Shown in pieces: positions 38,922 to 51,574 of a stretch of 64,000 nucleotides of DNA. Position 1 is the stretch's first letter, and the number at the start of each line of letters is the position of its first letter. Under the pieces are notes generated by a model. It did not search any database. It was given only the letters and a program-made list of their open reading frames with translations, and was not told the DNA's origin. Both the position numbers and the translations under genes were made by a program. This DNA comes from Lama guanicoe (Eukaryota), in contig MU053881.1 in NCBI GenBank assembly GCA_013239625.1, positions 13,530,879-13,594,878 on the forward strand, in the 5' to 3' direction.

Positions 38922-39625
38922 TGAGAGCAGGGGATTTTGCTTTGGAACCCACTGTCTTTGAGGTTACAGAGCTGGCTCTTTCTGGTCCCTAAGGCTTTTT
39001 CCAGCCTGGTTTGAAATCTTGGGACTTGGCATAGAGGGAATAAAATGCATTACACGTTCACTTGCAAAGCGCAGCCACATGCAGGAGAACCCCTGCAGAA
39101 GTCACATTTCCTAAGGTTCAGTGGGAAACCCGCTTCATCAAGTGATTTTCTGGGTTTGGGGTGGCGTCGCGGAGGAGGGGCGAGGGGAGGGTTTTGATTC
39201 GACATTTCACGGAGGCTGTAACCTGCAAGCTAAACTGTAGCAAAGAGGCCAAATAAACGATCCTAGGATTCTGAGGTCCACTTGTTGCTTTTGGAGATGG
39301 CCTCTTTATAGCTGATGGCAAACCACCTCCCTCCCCGCACCTCCCTCCCCCACCCTCAATTACTCACCTGCTCCTTTAACCCCTCCTGCCTGCCAAAATG
39401 CATAAAATAAAAATTGGCCACCCTGTTTTCAAAAAGCAGGCTCAGACCCATGTGTCATCTCTGGTCACTTCTGCAATGTTATTCACCGCATGTCCTAAGC
39501 TTGTGCAATTTATGGACAGCAGCACTCCTTAGTGGCTACCTCTTTGGACCTGGGGCAAGTGTTAAGAGAAAAAGCCTCCGTGTTCCCCTCCAGGGAACAC
39601 TTGTGGGGGGTTTGCCTCATGCAGG

Positions 39626-39643
39626 AGCGCCCCCTGCTGCCCA
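39626..39643 (-). promoter_or_regulatory. Candidate CTCF site
   Basis: Minus strand reads TGGGCAGCAGGGGGCGCT, one mismatch from TGGCCASYAGGGGGCGCY. Confidence 0.55.
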
Positions 39644-42600
39644 TGTTGGGGCACTGTAGACACATAAGACGATGACAAGTGTCCCAGATACCCCTGCTTA
39701 CTGGGTCCATTTCTCCAGTGACTTTTCTCCTCTGTGTTTTTGAAGTTTTCACCTTGGGAAAAGTCTCTCTAGAAAGGCCACACTTGAATGTAAGATGCCA
39801 ATATTACTTTCAATCCTGACAGCACACAGCACATTTTAGAGGATTGTATTATGGTGCGGTCCTGCCTAGAAATGGAATGCACTATTAAAGAAGAGGGTGT
39901 CGTGTGTAAAGTTTTATGCAAAGCAGTTGTTAGCCTGCCATCAGGACTTGAAAGTTAGGACATTTATTAATTCACTCAAGAGAGCCAAATACTGGGTTGT
40001 GGACATGCTCTCAGCACTTCACAAACTTTCATCATCCCAGAATTCAAATACAGAGGAAGCTCAAATAACCAGCCCAGCCTGTTATAAAATGTCCAAAGAT
40101 AGGTGATCATCTCGAGGTACCACGAGCTTATGAAACATCTTATAGCTACTCCAGAGGACGTTCATCTATTTCAGTTATGTTTATAAATGACATCTATCTT
40201 ATGTTTTAATTATTGGGAAAGTTTTTTGTGATATAGGCTATAAACAGCCTCAAGACACTATTGGATGACTCAGAACCACGGATTTCCCACACATTTTGAG
40301 ACTCCTGTGTAGATACAGAATATTTCTCTCCTGGGAAACTATTTAATTTCTCAGATATGCAAATATTCACTTCTGTGGGATTTTGGAGGTTTTTTTTTTT
40401 TTTTGGTCAGTTTATAGTTTGAATTTTATCATAAAAATGCAAAATGTCCTAATGTGGGTACCTGCTAAGTCCCAGGTAGTTGAGTCTAAATTGTTTTGCT
40501 AAAAACAGTGATATGGAAATCAGGTGTGGTTCTGTGTGGCCTCTCATTTGAATTTTGATTTATTTATGCTTTTTCTTCTGCTACATTTTATTTTGTCGCC
40601 TTCCTCTTCAGAGTGTCATGAAAATGGGATTTTATGGCAAAATTAAGAAATATTTAGAATCTAAGGAGACAATGAAATGATTAGAAGTTGCTGCAATAGA
40701 ACTTAGATGTGTAGGTTAGCTTAGAACTTAGACCTATTATATCCCAAAATGGCTTAGAGTAGCAGTGCGTTTTTTTTTCTTCTTCTTAAGTTTTGTTCAT
40801 TTTTCACTGGCATGCAGCATTTTGGAGAGGTATCAGAGCTGGACACAATGCCAAGACTTGCTAGTCAAAATATAGACCCAGCTAAGGCAAGGTGTTATCT
40901 CTTAAGGCTATTTACTGTTGCAGAAAAATCATGGGATGTTGAAAGTGCAAAAAACAAATGTCAGGTTGTAAATAGGCCAGGACTGCAGCATTAATGATTA
41001 GAACCAAGTGTTAAAATTCCATGCTAGGTCCCCTTCTTAGCCTGCTGCTAACACACGTGGATTTGTCCAGACACAGCTTTACTTGTTGAAAAATTTAGCA
41101 CTTTTATGATTAACAACCATAGTGCTTTTAAATTAATCCTTCAAAGAAAAATTTTGTGATATACGCCATTTTTAAAGTGTATTTATTTGGTGTGAAGCAA
41201 CAGATGGGAAGTTCCATCACTGGTGTGCTAATAAAAGAAGATGTCTGTGGCATTTTGCCCACTGTCGACAGGTCTAAATTGGTTGGGGTCTTTCTATTAG
41301 ATTCAGTTGTGAAACAATCGTTGATTGATTATTTAAGTGAAACCTCAAAATTGATTAACACACATGCTTCTGCCTTCGTATCCTTTGTGGCCTGCAGCCT
41401 CTGGCAGTTGTAGCTTGCTTGCTTTTATAGTAGCCAGTCTTCCTTTGATGAACGGTAGGCATTAGGCCATTTAGGTTGTCATTGAGTCATTGGTACCGAA
41501 AGGAAGAAAGGCCCATGTCAATGCTGTGCTCCTGGTAAATGACAATAATAGAATTGAATCCTAGTTCTGCTTCTGCTGCTCAGTCAACCTGAGGGAATTC
41601 ACAGTCTGAGGGGGCTTGATGTCCTTGCCTGTTAAGAGGGAGTAGTAATCCCATTTCGTGTATCTCAGGTGGCTACCAGAATTAATAAAGTGATGCAGGT
41701 GGAAGTATTGGTGTTCCATCAATGCAGCGTATGTAAAGGACTGGCTGTCACTAAGGAGACCCAGTGTCCATTCTAAGCCGCTGCCCTGAGCATTCTGGGG
41801 TCAGTAGCTTCCATTACATGATCTCAGTTTCCTTATGTTTGAAATGGGAGGGACATGCCAAATTCACTTCCATCTCAAAGTTACACATGTCTCTGGTTTG
41901 GTTTGTGATGATAGCTCTATTGGGTCCAAAGAAATTCCAGGAAAACTTGGAAATTCAACATAAGTGTAAGAAAAATGCGGAATTCCTCAATGGCATGCAG
42001 TTACATGATCTTAGGAAGGTGGTGATGGTCTCTAACTGAGCCATGTGACTCAGGTGACTGCTGGCCTCATGGAAGATCTTTGGAAGAACATGATCTCAAT
42101 TAGAATGTTCCTGAGCAGAAAGCTTGGCTGTAGAGCGAAGCATTTTTAGATGTCTTGGTTAAATTGGCAGGAATCTTTTTGTTAAGATTCTTTGATGAAA
42201 AGTGCATTTTAAGATCCAAAATTGGCTCTTGAGGATTATGGACTGAAATAACTTTCTCTTCGTTTAAAGATTTCTCTTCATTTAAAGTTGTTTCTTCTTG
42301 AAACAACACATTTGCCAACCAACGAGTGAAGCAATATTTCACTTTGGAGGAAAGAGTTCTAGTAAACACATACACAAATTACCTTCTTATGGAATGGCGA
42401 ACGGAGAAAAGGGCTGCCTTTTTTTTTTTTAACCAGATGTTTTCTTGCATCACCAGCTGCACAGTTGAAAATTCAATTCGACACAAATATTGTTTAGCAG
42501 CTACTATGATCCAGCCATGTGTTAGGCCTTAGGGACAGAGCAGTGAGCAAGACTGATTTGTCTCCTGACCTTGGGAAACTTAATACCTAGGTGTTTGCTG

Positions 42601-42711
42601 TTGTTAACTCTACTTTAGTTAGAGTTAACTACTAGGGCCCTAGTATACTTATTTTTTAATATGAATTTCATTTCACACTGAGATTCTTTTTCTATTTTTA
42701 AACATTGTTTT

Positions 42712-42833
42712 GTGGGGGAGAGGAGGTAGTCAGGTCTATCTGTCTATCTATCTATTTTAATGGAGGTGCTGGGATTGAACCCAGGACCTCGTGCATGCTA
42801 AGCATGCGCTCTACCACTGAGCTACACCCCCCC
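42712..42833 (-). mobile_element. tRNA-Ala-derived SINE (Vic-1-like) with near-intact tRNA head
   Basis: Head at 42831-42761 resembles tRNA-Ala(AGC), followed by the family tail. TSD ACATTGTTTT at 42702-42711 and 42838-42847. Confidence 0.9.
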
Positions 42834-43199
42834 ACTTACATTGTTTTTATGTTTAACATAACTATTTACTCTAAAACTTTTTCTGAGCAGCCGGTTGAGT
42901 ACTTAGTGATCTGTATCTCCTTTGTCGCTTGTTGGCTTCACCATTCATTTGTGGTTTGATATTTCACATTGCCTGATATGTTCCATATTCTGTCTTCCTA
43001 ATTCATGTGTACAAAATACATGCAGACAAGGTTATAGTCTCTCTCTCTCTCTCTGTGTGGTTTTGCTCTGTACACAGTGGTTGGTGGGATGTTTGACTCC
43101 TGGTGAATGCCACAGATACTGGGTGAACTCTTCATTTTCAGAGCAGTCATTTATTATTATTCACGAATCATGGTACCATCTATGTGGAAAAACAGAGCA

Positions 43200-44560
43200 T
43201 AGGAACTCTTTAGGTTACTATTTGGATCAACCAATGTAGAAAGAATCACAGTGTAGGGATATTAAGTCCTTTGAAATCAGAAATACACAGAGCGCATTGG
43301 GAATACAGAGTCCTGAGATATTATGTAGAAGTTACTAGGTGGAGATGGGGGTTAGAGGTCTGTGGATAAATATTCCAAGCAGGGGGAAAAAAAAAACAGA
43401 ATTACGTGGGATTAGGGATTTGCAATGTGACTTTAAACGGCTGGCTTTGGGAGTGAGCGTGAGGAGGTGGTTAAGAATTGATATTGAGATCACAGGTGGC
43501 GATCGGATGACAGAGACCATTTTTGTAGCCTGCTGAAGTTTAAATTTTGCTCCAAGGGCTGTGGGGTCCCATGGAAGGATGTCCACAGAGGAATTGCTTG
43601 AACAGATTCCACTTCTGGAAGATGCTTTTCAAGTATGGAGGGTTAGCGAGACGTCAGGTTGAGAGATGAGATGGAAATTCACTGTAAAAGTCCAGAAAGA
43701 ACTACGAACAGAGGCAGGGATGTAAAGGAGAGGATGCAAAATCAGGGCATGTACAAGGCAGAAGCGACAGAACTTGATGAATCCTAAGTTTCTGATGGTA
43801 CCATTTATTGATACGGATGGAGAACACTGAAAGGGCAGCCAGGTTGGGAGTGGGGCGGGGAGTGAGGTGTGTGAGCAAATAGTTCACTTTGGAGAACATT
43901 GACTTTTCTCCACACATGGACTCTCTGGATGGAGACTGGAAAATATAGGTCTAGAGCCAGGTAAGAAGTCATGACTAGAGAGATGAACTTGGACACTGTC
44001 AGCATGTACGTGGTACTTACAACTGTATGAGTGGATACAATTAATTATGTAGATTTCGGGGGGGTAGTAATTAGGTTTATTCACTTATTTTTAGAGGAGG
44101 TACTGGGGATTGAACTCAGGGCCTCGTGCATGCTAAGCATGCACTCTGCCACTTGAGCTATACCCTCCCCCAGAATGGATACAATTAAAAAGGGAAAGTG
44201 AGACGGCAGCTGAGAACGGAGACCTGGTGAGCACTGTAATTTAAGTGGTGGAACATGGAACAGGAGCCCGCAAAGGAGATTAATTAAGCAGCTGAGCGGC
44301 AGTCAGGGAGTGCAGAGGAGAGCCTGCAGATAAGAATGTCTTTGAAGCTGAGGCACAGGAGAGTTTAAAAAGGAAGGAAGTGGTCAGCTGCCTCACATGC
44401 CACAGCGATCCACTGAAGTACATTCTGGAACCTGTCTCCCACGTGTGGTAACAGGGGCGCATTGGTAAACGCAGAAAGACGAGTTTCAGTGGTTGAAGAC
44501 AGCTCTTTTGAAAAGTGTGGATCTGGAGTGAAGTGGGGAGAGGGCAGTGGCTCCAAGCGG
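43200..44560 (-). mobile_element. L2 fragment (interrupted by a SINE)
   Basis: Long purine-rich antisense L2-like stretch. Confidence 0.6.
44045..44172 (-). mobile_element. tRNA-Ala-derived SINE (Vic-1-like) nested in L2
   Basis: Reverse-complement head. TSD GA(G/A)TGGATACAATTAA at 44029-44044 and 44173-44188. Confidence 0.9.
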
Positions 44561-44849
44561 TCATATAGTATTTAGAGAAGTTTCCCTTAGAAGGGAGCAG
44601 GTTGCAGATACAAAGCCGGAGGTAAGGTGGGGTGGGGTGGGGTGGAATGGGGAGGATGGTGAAGCGGGTGTGAACACTCACTGACCCAGGCTTAGTTCCC
44701 AATAAACTATGCCTGGAAGCTGTCCTACCCGCTTTTAGCAAGCGGTTATGTTGTCTCCTTCCCTGTCTCCTCCCCCTGTCCTCCTCTTGTACAGTGCCCA
44801 ACATTTTCCACCATCGTAACACTGATCTAAAACGTAATCCCAGTTACTG

Positions 44850-45015
44850 CTGATTGAGCCCTTGACTTGGGTAGGTACTGTACTGATGTACATTGTCTCA
44901 TCCAATCCTCCTGTTAAAACAGTGGTATGGCTGCTACCCACCTGTTTACAAAACAGAAACTGAGGCCCAGAGAGTTTAAGTGACTTAAAGTCACACAGCT
45001 AGCAAATGACTGACT
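44850..45015 (-). mobile_element. MIR
   Basis: GAAACTGAGGCCCAGAGAGTTTAAGTGACTT...GTCACACAGCTAG. Confidence 0.75.
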
Positions 45016-46179
45016 TCGCATCCCTCGGTCTCAGCCTTCTGGTTATACTGCCCTTTTAGATGTAGCAAGTCCTCGTTTTTAAAAATCATTTTTATTCCTT
45101 AGGATTCTACTCTGTTATTTGTTTTTATTTTTATTTTTGGAAACAGTGGGTGGATCAGATCAACTCATTCTCTAAAAGATGTTACTGTTACTCCTCACTC
45201 TACCTTGAAAAAATATTCTAATTTCAGGAACATGGTTTTTTTTTTTCAAATAAGTGCTTTATTTAATGTGTGTAGAATGTAAGATGTGGTTTCTATCCTT
45301 GAGAAATTTATACTTTATATTACATCTGTTGAGCACAGTTTAAACCTAGCAATAAAGGAAGACTTATTTAAGATCTTGAAGAGTTGAGGATGTTCCTTGT
45401 ATCATAATTTCTTTCATTATGAATGGTGTTGTTACGTTGTCTAAAAATTTTTCTGTTGCTCTAGCAGAATGTCATAGAACCATTAAGGCCAATAATTGTC
45501 ACAAAACGTGGGCTGATGAAGTTCAGGAGCTGTAAACCGTGTCAATGGTTTTGGGCTATGGGTGGACACTTTGTGAAACGACCCTTTCCCTTTTTCTGTC
45601 TTTTATTTTTAAGACCTCATTTTCAATTGAATTTTTTTTTCCAATTGAGAATGCACTTTTGTGATTTCTGATAAACCACTCCTGCAAAGAATTCTTTTAA
45701 AGGTGGTTGAGTGTTGTTTCTTCTCTTCCCAGATCTTCACTCCCTCTACTCCGCACAGTATAAATGTGGTTCGTTATAAAGATTACATCTCAATAATTAC
45801 TTATTCATCTGTGTCTAAACAGTGGCGCCACATGATATGGGCAGTGTATGAATCTGTTTCTCTTGGTTAACTCTTAGGGCAGATCCTTTGCTGTTGCTTT
45901 GTAGGACTCTGAACAATGCAAGCTTGACTGTGGCGTGAAATAAAGGTCTGACTGTGCGCTTCCCCTGCAAGAGAAGGAAAGGGAGTGAGATCACTCAAGT
46001 TTCATATTTTAGAAGTACCTAAAAGTGTGCTTTAGCGTTTTCACTCCCACCTCATGGTTGAATGCCCTTGGGAATTTCTATAAGAATGTAAATCAGAGAA
46101 AGTGTTTTTCTTAACGTTGTGGTGGGGAGTACTGACTCATTTCTGGGTGGGGCACTGGCTTGTTCTGTGATCGTGCATT

Positions 46180-46373
46180 GGTGATCGGTGCTCTTGGCAT
46201 TTGGGGCCAGAGAATTCTTTGCTGTCATGTGCATTGCAGGATGTTTAGCAGCATCCCTGGCCTCCACCTACTGTATGCCAGAGGTACCCCCGCAGTTGTG
46301 AAACCCAAAACTGCCTCCAGAAATTGGCAAAAAAGCCCTGGGGGTTGAACGTGTCCCCAGCTGAGAACCCTTG
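46180..46373. mobile_element. MER20-like hAT-Charlie element
   Basis: GCATTGCAGGATGTTTAGCAGCATCCCTGGCCTCCACCTACT...TCCCCAGCTGAGAACC. Confidence 0.8.
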
Positions 46374-47960
46374 ATGATGCAGAGAATGGTGATGTGCTTT
46401 TGTCTCCAGGCAACTTGAGAAAAGAAGATTTTCTCATGAAGTAATGGATTTTGTGCTTAATCACCATTTTCATTTATGTTTGGTGGTGCATGGTGACAAA
46501 ACCAATTTAAAAATACCAACAAACATCAGAGGCAAAAGTTATCCACATCCCCATCACATCATTACAACTGTGTTTTAGTTTGCCTATGTTGCCTCCTAGT
46601 TCTTATCTGTTTGCTTACCTATTCTTCACCCATTGTACTTTGTCATTTTGCAGAGAGAATGTTGTAGTCTGCATTTTCACTCAACAGACCGTCAGTATTT
46701 TTATAGTTTTATGCTTTCTTAAAAAGAATACACACCTCTTCTGCTACCAGGGTAAACTGGTGCGTGTTTTTCTATGCCTGTTGGTGATCTTATAAACATG
46801 AGTATGCTGGCACTTTGTTTTACTCATTTTTTTTCAAAAGGGAATTTTAAAATATATTTTAGAGATTATTAGTCATAATTTTAGCTTTAGACTGTTTGAA
46901 AATAAACATTTATTTTTACTTATGCACTGTTAAACAGTAGAAGTCATATATAAGGTAGATAACTGGGTTTCAATAGCATATAAATGGAAACTATTAAAAC
47001 TTTGCATATCAATTTGACTCATATTTACACAGCTGGTTTTCACTCTGTTTCTATCTTGATATTACTCAGTTTTTCCAAAATCAACTTACATTTTTGGATG
47101 ACATAAAAATACTTCAAAATGGACAGTTAAAAGAGGAATAAAAAAGTAGAAAGTTATGAGTTTTTAAAAGGTACAAACACAAATTCTATGTGTTGCTTCC
47201 AGTTGTGCATTTTATTTACAAAATACGTATTTTATTAAACAAGGAGAGATGTGGGCTTATATTATTCTGTCCCTATTTATGTGGAGAAATATGGACGTGT
47301 CTTTAATCCACTGATCCTTGCTGGTGCTCATTTTGTAAACATTCTAGTGGCATTTTTATTGCCAAGTCTCATTTTCCTTGCTCTGTCGTTTGACACCTAC
47401 TGCCCGCTTACCTGCCAAGAGGTCTTAACTTAGAAGTAATTGTTCAGTCAATTGAAGATGAAATAACTTTTTTCCTTACACCAGAGCAACAATTAATGAA
47501 GTTTTTAAGGTGAAATCTGCATGTATCTTAGAAAAGGGATCCACGAATAATCTGTGGAAAAATATCAGAGATTTTGAGGTGTGTGAACGCAGGGACAGTG
47601 TCCGTCTGCGTCCCCAGTGCCTCGCACACGCCCGACAGTTAGTAGGAGCTCCACAGATACGGGGCGAATGGAGTTGTCGGAGGGGCAGTGGAAGGACTGC
47701 CCTGCGTCAGGCTCCCAGGAAGCATTTATTCCAGGCTGCTTCACCGGCACCACGCCAGCAAGGCTGTTTTGTGGAAGGGCATGAAATGGTTCTTCCACTG
47801 GACCTAAGACTCACTCTCAAGTCGAGCAAGATTAATCTTAATTGCCTGAAGGGGGAGGTGAGGGCTGAGGGTGAGAAGAGTGTCCCAGATGGTGTGAGGA
47901 GAGGCTGGTGTATCTTTGTGGTGGAAGAATCAAAATAAAAGGTGGAGATCTAAGTTTTTA

Positions 47961-48286
47961 CAGTGGTCCTCAGACTTTACTGTGCAGCAGAATCCTCAGG
48001 GTCTTATATTCATGTTAGTATTTGAAGGACCTATGACCAGAGTCTGATTCAGTAAGTCTGGGATGGAGTTCAGAAATCTGCTTGTTTAAAAGCTCTGTAT
48101 TCCATTTTTTAAAAAAAGGGGGAAAGGGGAGGATAATATAGCTCAGTGGTAAAGCACATGCTTATTAGCAGGGAGGAGATCCTGTGTTCAATCCCCAGGA
48201 CCTCCATTAAAAAATTAAAATAAATAAAAGCTGTCTATTTGACTGATACAGGTACTATCTGGGGGCCACTGTTTGAGGAATATTGG
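47961..48286. mobile_element. MER5-like element split by a SINE
   Basis: CAGTGGTCCTCAGACTTTACTGTGCAGCAGAATC...GATTCAGTAAGTCTGGGATGG; resumes after the SINE as ...CCACTGTTTGAGGAATATTG. Confidence 0.6.
48126..48226 (+). mobile_element. Diverged tRNA-Ala-derived SINE inserted in a MER5-like element
   Basis: TATAGCTCAGTGGTAAAGCACATGCTT...GTGTTCAATCCCCAGGACCTCCA plus A-rich tail. TAAAAGCT occurs on both sides. Confidence 0.8.
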
Positions 48287-51200
48287 TTTTATCGTGAAAG
48301 TGGAAGCTAATACAATCACTAATCAAGGAATCTGACCACAGACTGTCCTCTAGTATTAATATGGGTTTTGGGGACAATAAAGATCCAAGTGGTCAGAGTA
48401 GGTGGGATTTGGAGAAGACCTCACGGAAGAGGGAGAGTTGGATTAAGCAAGAAGGATCCGTGCTACACGAATGGATGGAAGATAAGAACAGTCCTGTGGG
48501 AGAGTCAGTGGGGGTGGAGACAGTACGGAGAAAGGCATTGCATATTGGCGACAATAATACTGCAAAAATCAAACTTCAGACCGGCAGACAATATTTCACT
48601 TTAATGTTCACCAAAATCCAGTGACCTAGGTCACCATATTTTTTTATCCTCTTTTAAAATGTAGAAAGAAGGACGAGAGGGATTGTATGATTTCTAAGAG
48701 TGCATGGCTCATATAACTGGGTAGGCACGGCAGGGTGCCTAGTAGGGCAGGACTGTGTCTGGTGGAGCTGAGTTGCATAAGACCTTGACAGCTGGGCAGA
48801 GGAGATGCTGCAGTGTCTTGAGTAGGAGCTATGACGTGATGAGAGAGTCTTAAGCACCTTCACAAAAAACCAAGGCAGGGGGCGCTTACTAAGGGTAAGT
48901 GTGAGAGAGTTGAAAAACAACCATCCAGGTTGGATTTTTATGTTGATAAAATACCCTTTGGATCCGCCACACTGATTTTTTTTTTTTGACACAAATGATG
49001 AAAATAATCATAAATCTGTATTAAAAAGGTTGTGAAATGGGGGGAGGGATGAGCACCTAGGGCAGTGTTTGATGCTAAGAATAAGTAATACTTGCATTGG
49101 TTATTTAGTTTTAAGATACCTGAAGAGATCAGAAATACTGATATTTTAATATATATATTTTAGGATAAATATGATATGAGTATTCCTTCCTCTTTAGGAA
49201 GATAGCTATTTGTTTCGTGGTTCTAGTAGTAAGGTACACTTAACGTGTAGGAAGAATGCCACTGAAATAGCTTCCTACAAATTATTTACGGCTGCCTAGT
49301 TATAATTCTTGAAGTATATGCTTAAATTTAAGGTCTCAGTGATTAAACGTCTTGATGTTGCTCTTCTACATATGGATCAGTAACTTAGTGCCTAATTGGT
49401 TCAAGACCATTGAATCAGAATTTAAAAAAAAATGTTTATCTGCTGACTTTCACATGTCTCTCTTTTGATTAAATAAGTCATATCTAAAAGTCACTTTTTA
49501 CTCTGCTATTTTACTATTTTAGGTTGAAATGATGGTTGCACCATGAGAGTTGAACCTCACACTACTTGACTTGCTCAGTAAATGAGTATCTGTTTATTTA
49601 TGGTCCAATATGTAATGTTTGTTATAAAACATACCCCAAATTAGAGATTTAAAGAATACTTGATAAAAATATATATAAAGTTATAATTTTTTTATCTCAT
49701 ACTTAAACCTTGATCCCGTGAACATGAGAATATAGTGAATAATAATGGAAAATTAAAGCCTGTTCTGTTCTGCATTTTATTTTGTTAATGGGAAATATTG
49801 GATGGTAGGGCTTGTAATATAGATAATTCAAAGGTAACTGTTGCCCCGTTTATTCCTACCTTGGAACGTCTAAAGCATCAACATGGGAAAAATAACTTTT
49901 TCTGGAGTGTGCCACTCATCCCTTCCAGGAGGGAGCATTTGTTTTAAAATAATTACTGAATCTTCCCGCTTCCTAGGGCTACAAATTAACTGAATTGACC
50001 AAGGACTCTATAAACAGCTGGCTTTAAAAAAATATGTATACAAAGATCATCTTTAAATATTGTTCATTTTTGTGAGAGTGTTGACATCTTACTGACTATA
50101 AATCTTTCAAAAAAATTTTAAATATTCATCTTAAATGATTTATAGACCATTTTAAAGAATATCATAAAATAAGCAGAAATGTTAAAAAAGTTTTAGATAT
50201 AAGTGAGTAGGGGCCTTGCAAAATCAAATTACCATTCTGTGTTTTAGGCTGTTATTGAAGCCAGGGTGCTCTAAAAAATGAAATTTAGGTACCTTTTCTG
50301 TTTGTTTTCTTTGACCTATGGACAAAGAAATTTCAAGACTTATTTTGTAAATACTTATTTCTGGTTTTTATTTTTTCCAAATGAGTGTTTGAGTTAATAG
50401 ACTGAACACTCTTGAAGTGTTCTCTGATCAGTCAGCTGTGTGAACCGTTCCTCTGGCAAGCACTATTAAGCCAACACTTTCTTTCGACATTGATGGGGCT
50501 GATCTGCTAGGCTGTGTAAATTTGCATCTGGCTTCTGTGTTGGAAGAATGCTCATAAGTGTTTACTTGAATCACAGCAGTATGCCTCTGTGGCAAACGAT
50601 TTTTCTAACAGAATTCATTAGAGAATGATACCTTTGTTATTCTGAAAGTCCTGATATTTTAAGTACTTGCCAAGTTTACAGATGAAAAGATCTGTAGAAT
50701 TACAGACAACATGGAAAACAAAAAAATTATTTCCTTTGGACTTATTAGTTGCTTTATTTTAGACTTTAGGTTTTGGAGGCCAATTTTCTATCTATTTAAT
50801 GAGCCGGTTTTGAGAACCGCATTTTAAAATGGCTTTATCTTGTTATTTTTCCAAACTGACTGTGATCATCATCATCACGGAGACCATTTAGGTGGAAATT
50901 TGTTGTAATGGAACTTTCTTTACTTAGGATGCTTTAGTCGAAGTGGCAAAGGTTATAAATGTGCTCTGGTTGTAAAATCCCCAGATTTGGATAAAATACC
51001 TCCTAAGTGTTTATGTTCTCATTAAAAAAAAAAAAACCCACAATTCTAGAGCTCTGGGTTTCCCGTTCTGTTGTTTCAGTGCATAGTGCCACCATGGCAG
51101 GAGCACAACCCGGTGAAATTAAATGCTGCTTGCGCTGCTGGGCTTTAAAGAGAGAAAGAAAAACAAAGTGAGACCCAGAGAGGGAGATGGAAAGAGAGAT

Positions 51201-51574
51201 AAGACATAGGAGGTTCCTGCCCTTGAGGAGGTTGTAATGTGTGTCTTCAGTAGTTGGGAAATAGCAGAAAGCCTTTTTTTTTTTAATAAAGTATCTGGGT
51301 TTTTTGGTTTTTGTTTAGTATAAATGAATATCATATAAAATATGCAAAAAGGATTTGCCGTATGAGACAGTGTATATAGTCAGGGACTGTTCTTTTGAAT
51401 TTATATGAATGGAATCAACAATATCAAAGCGCATGTGGATTCTCTTTGTTCTTTTAAGCATTTGATAGTTTGTAAACAAATACTTTTAAAAAGGTCAGTG
51501 GAAAACAGGATTTGAAAAATTGCATTGCACCTTTGACATGTAACTGGGGTGTACTTTATTATGATTAATGACAC

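Noticed and set aside
42761..42831. Genuine tRNA-Ala(AGC) gene
   Set aside because: Carries the SINE tail and a TSD, lacks one T-arm base, has no adjacent T-run terminator, and five related copies occur in the window. Annotated as a SINE and kept as a finding.
44280..44822. 180-aa minus-strand ORF
   Set aside because: Runs through an L2 relic and a G-run; no domain.
49523..49577. Possible cryptic exon after TTTTACTATTTTAG
   Set aside because: Weak donor (TCA|GTAAAT), 55-nt frameshifting length and no similarity to receptor sequence.
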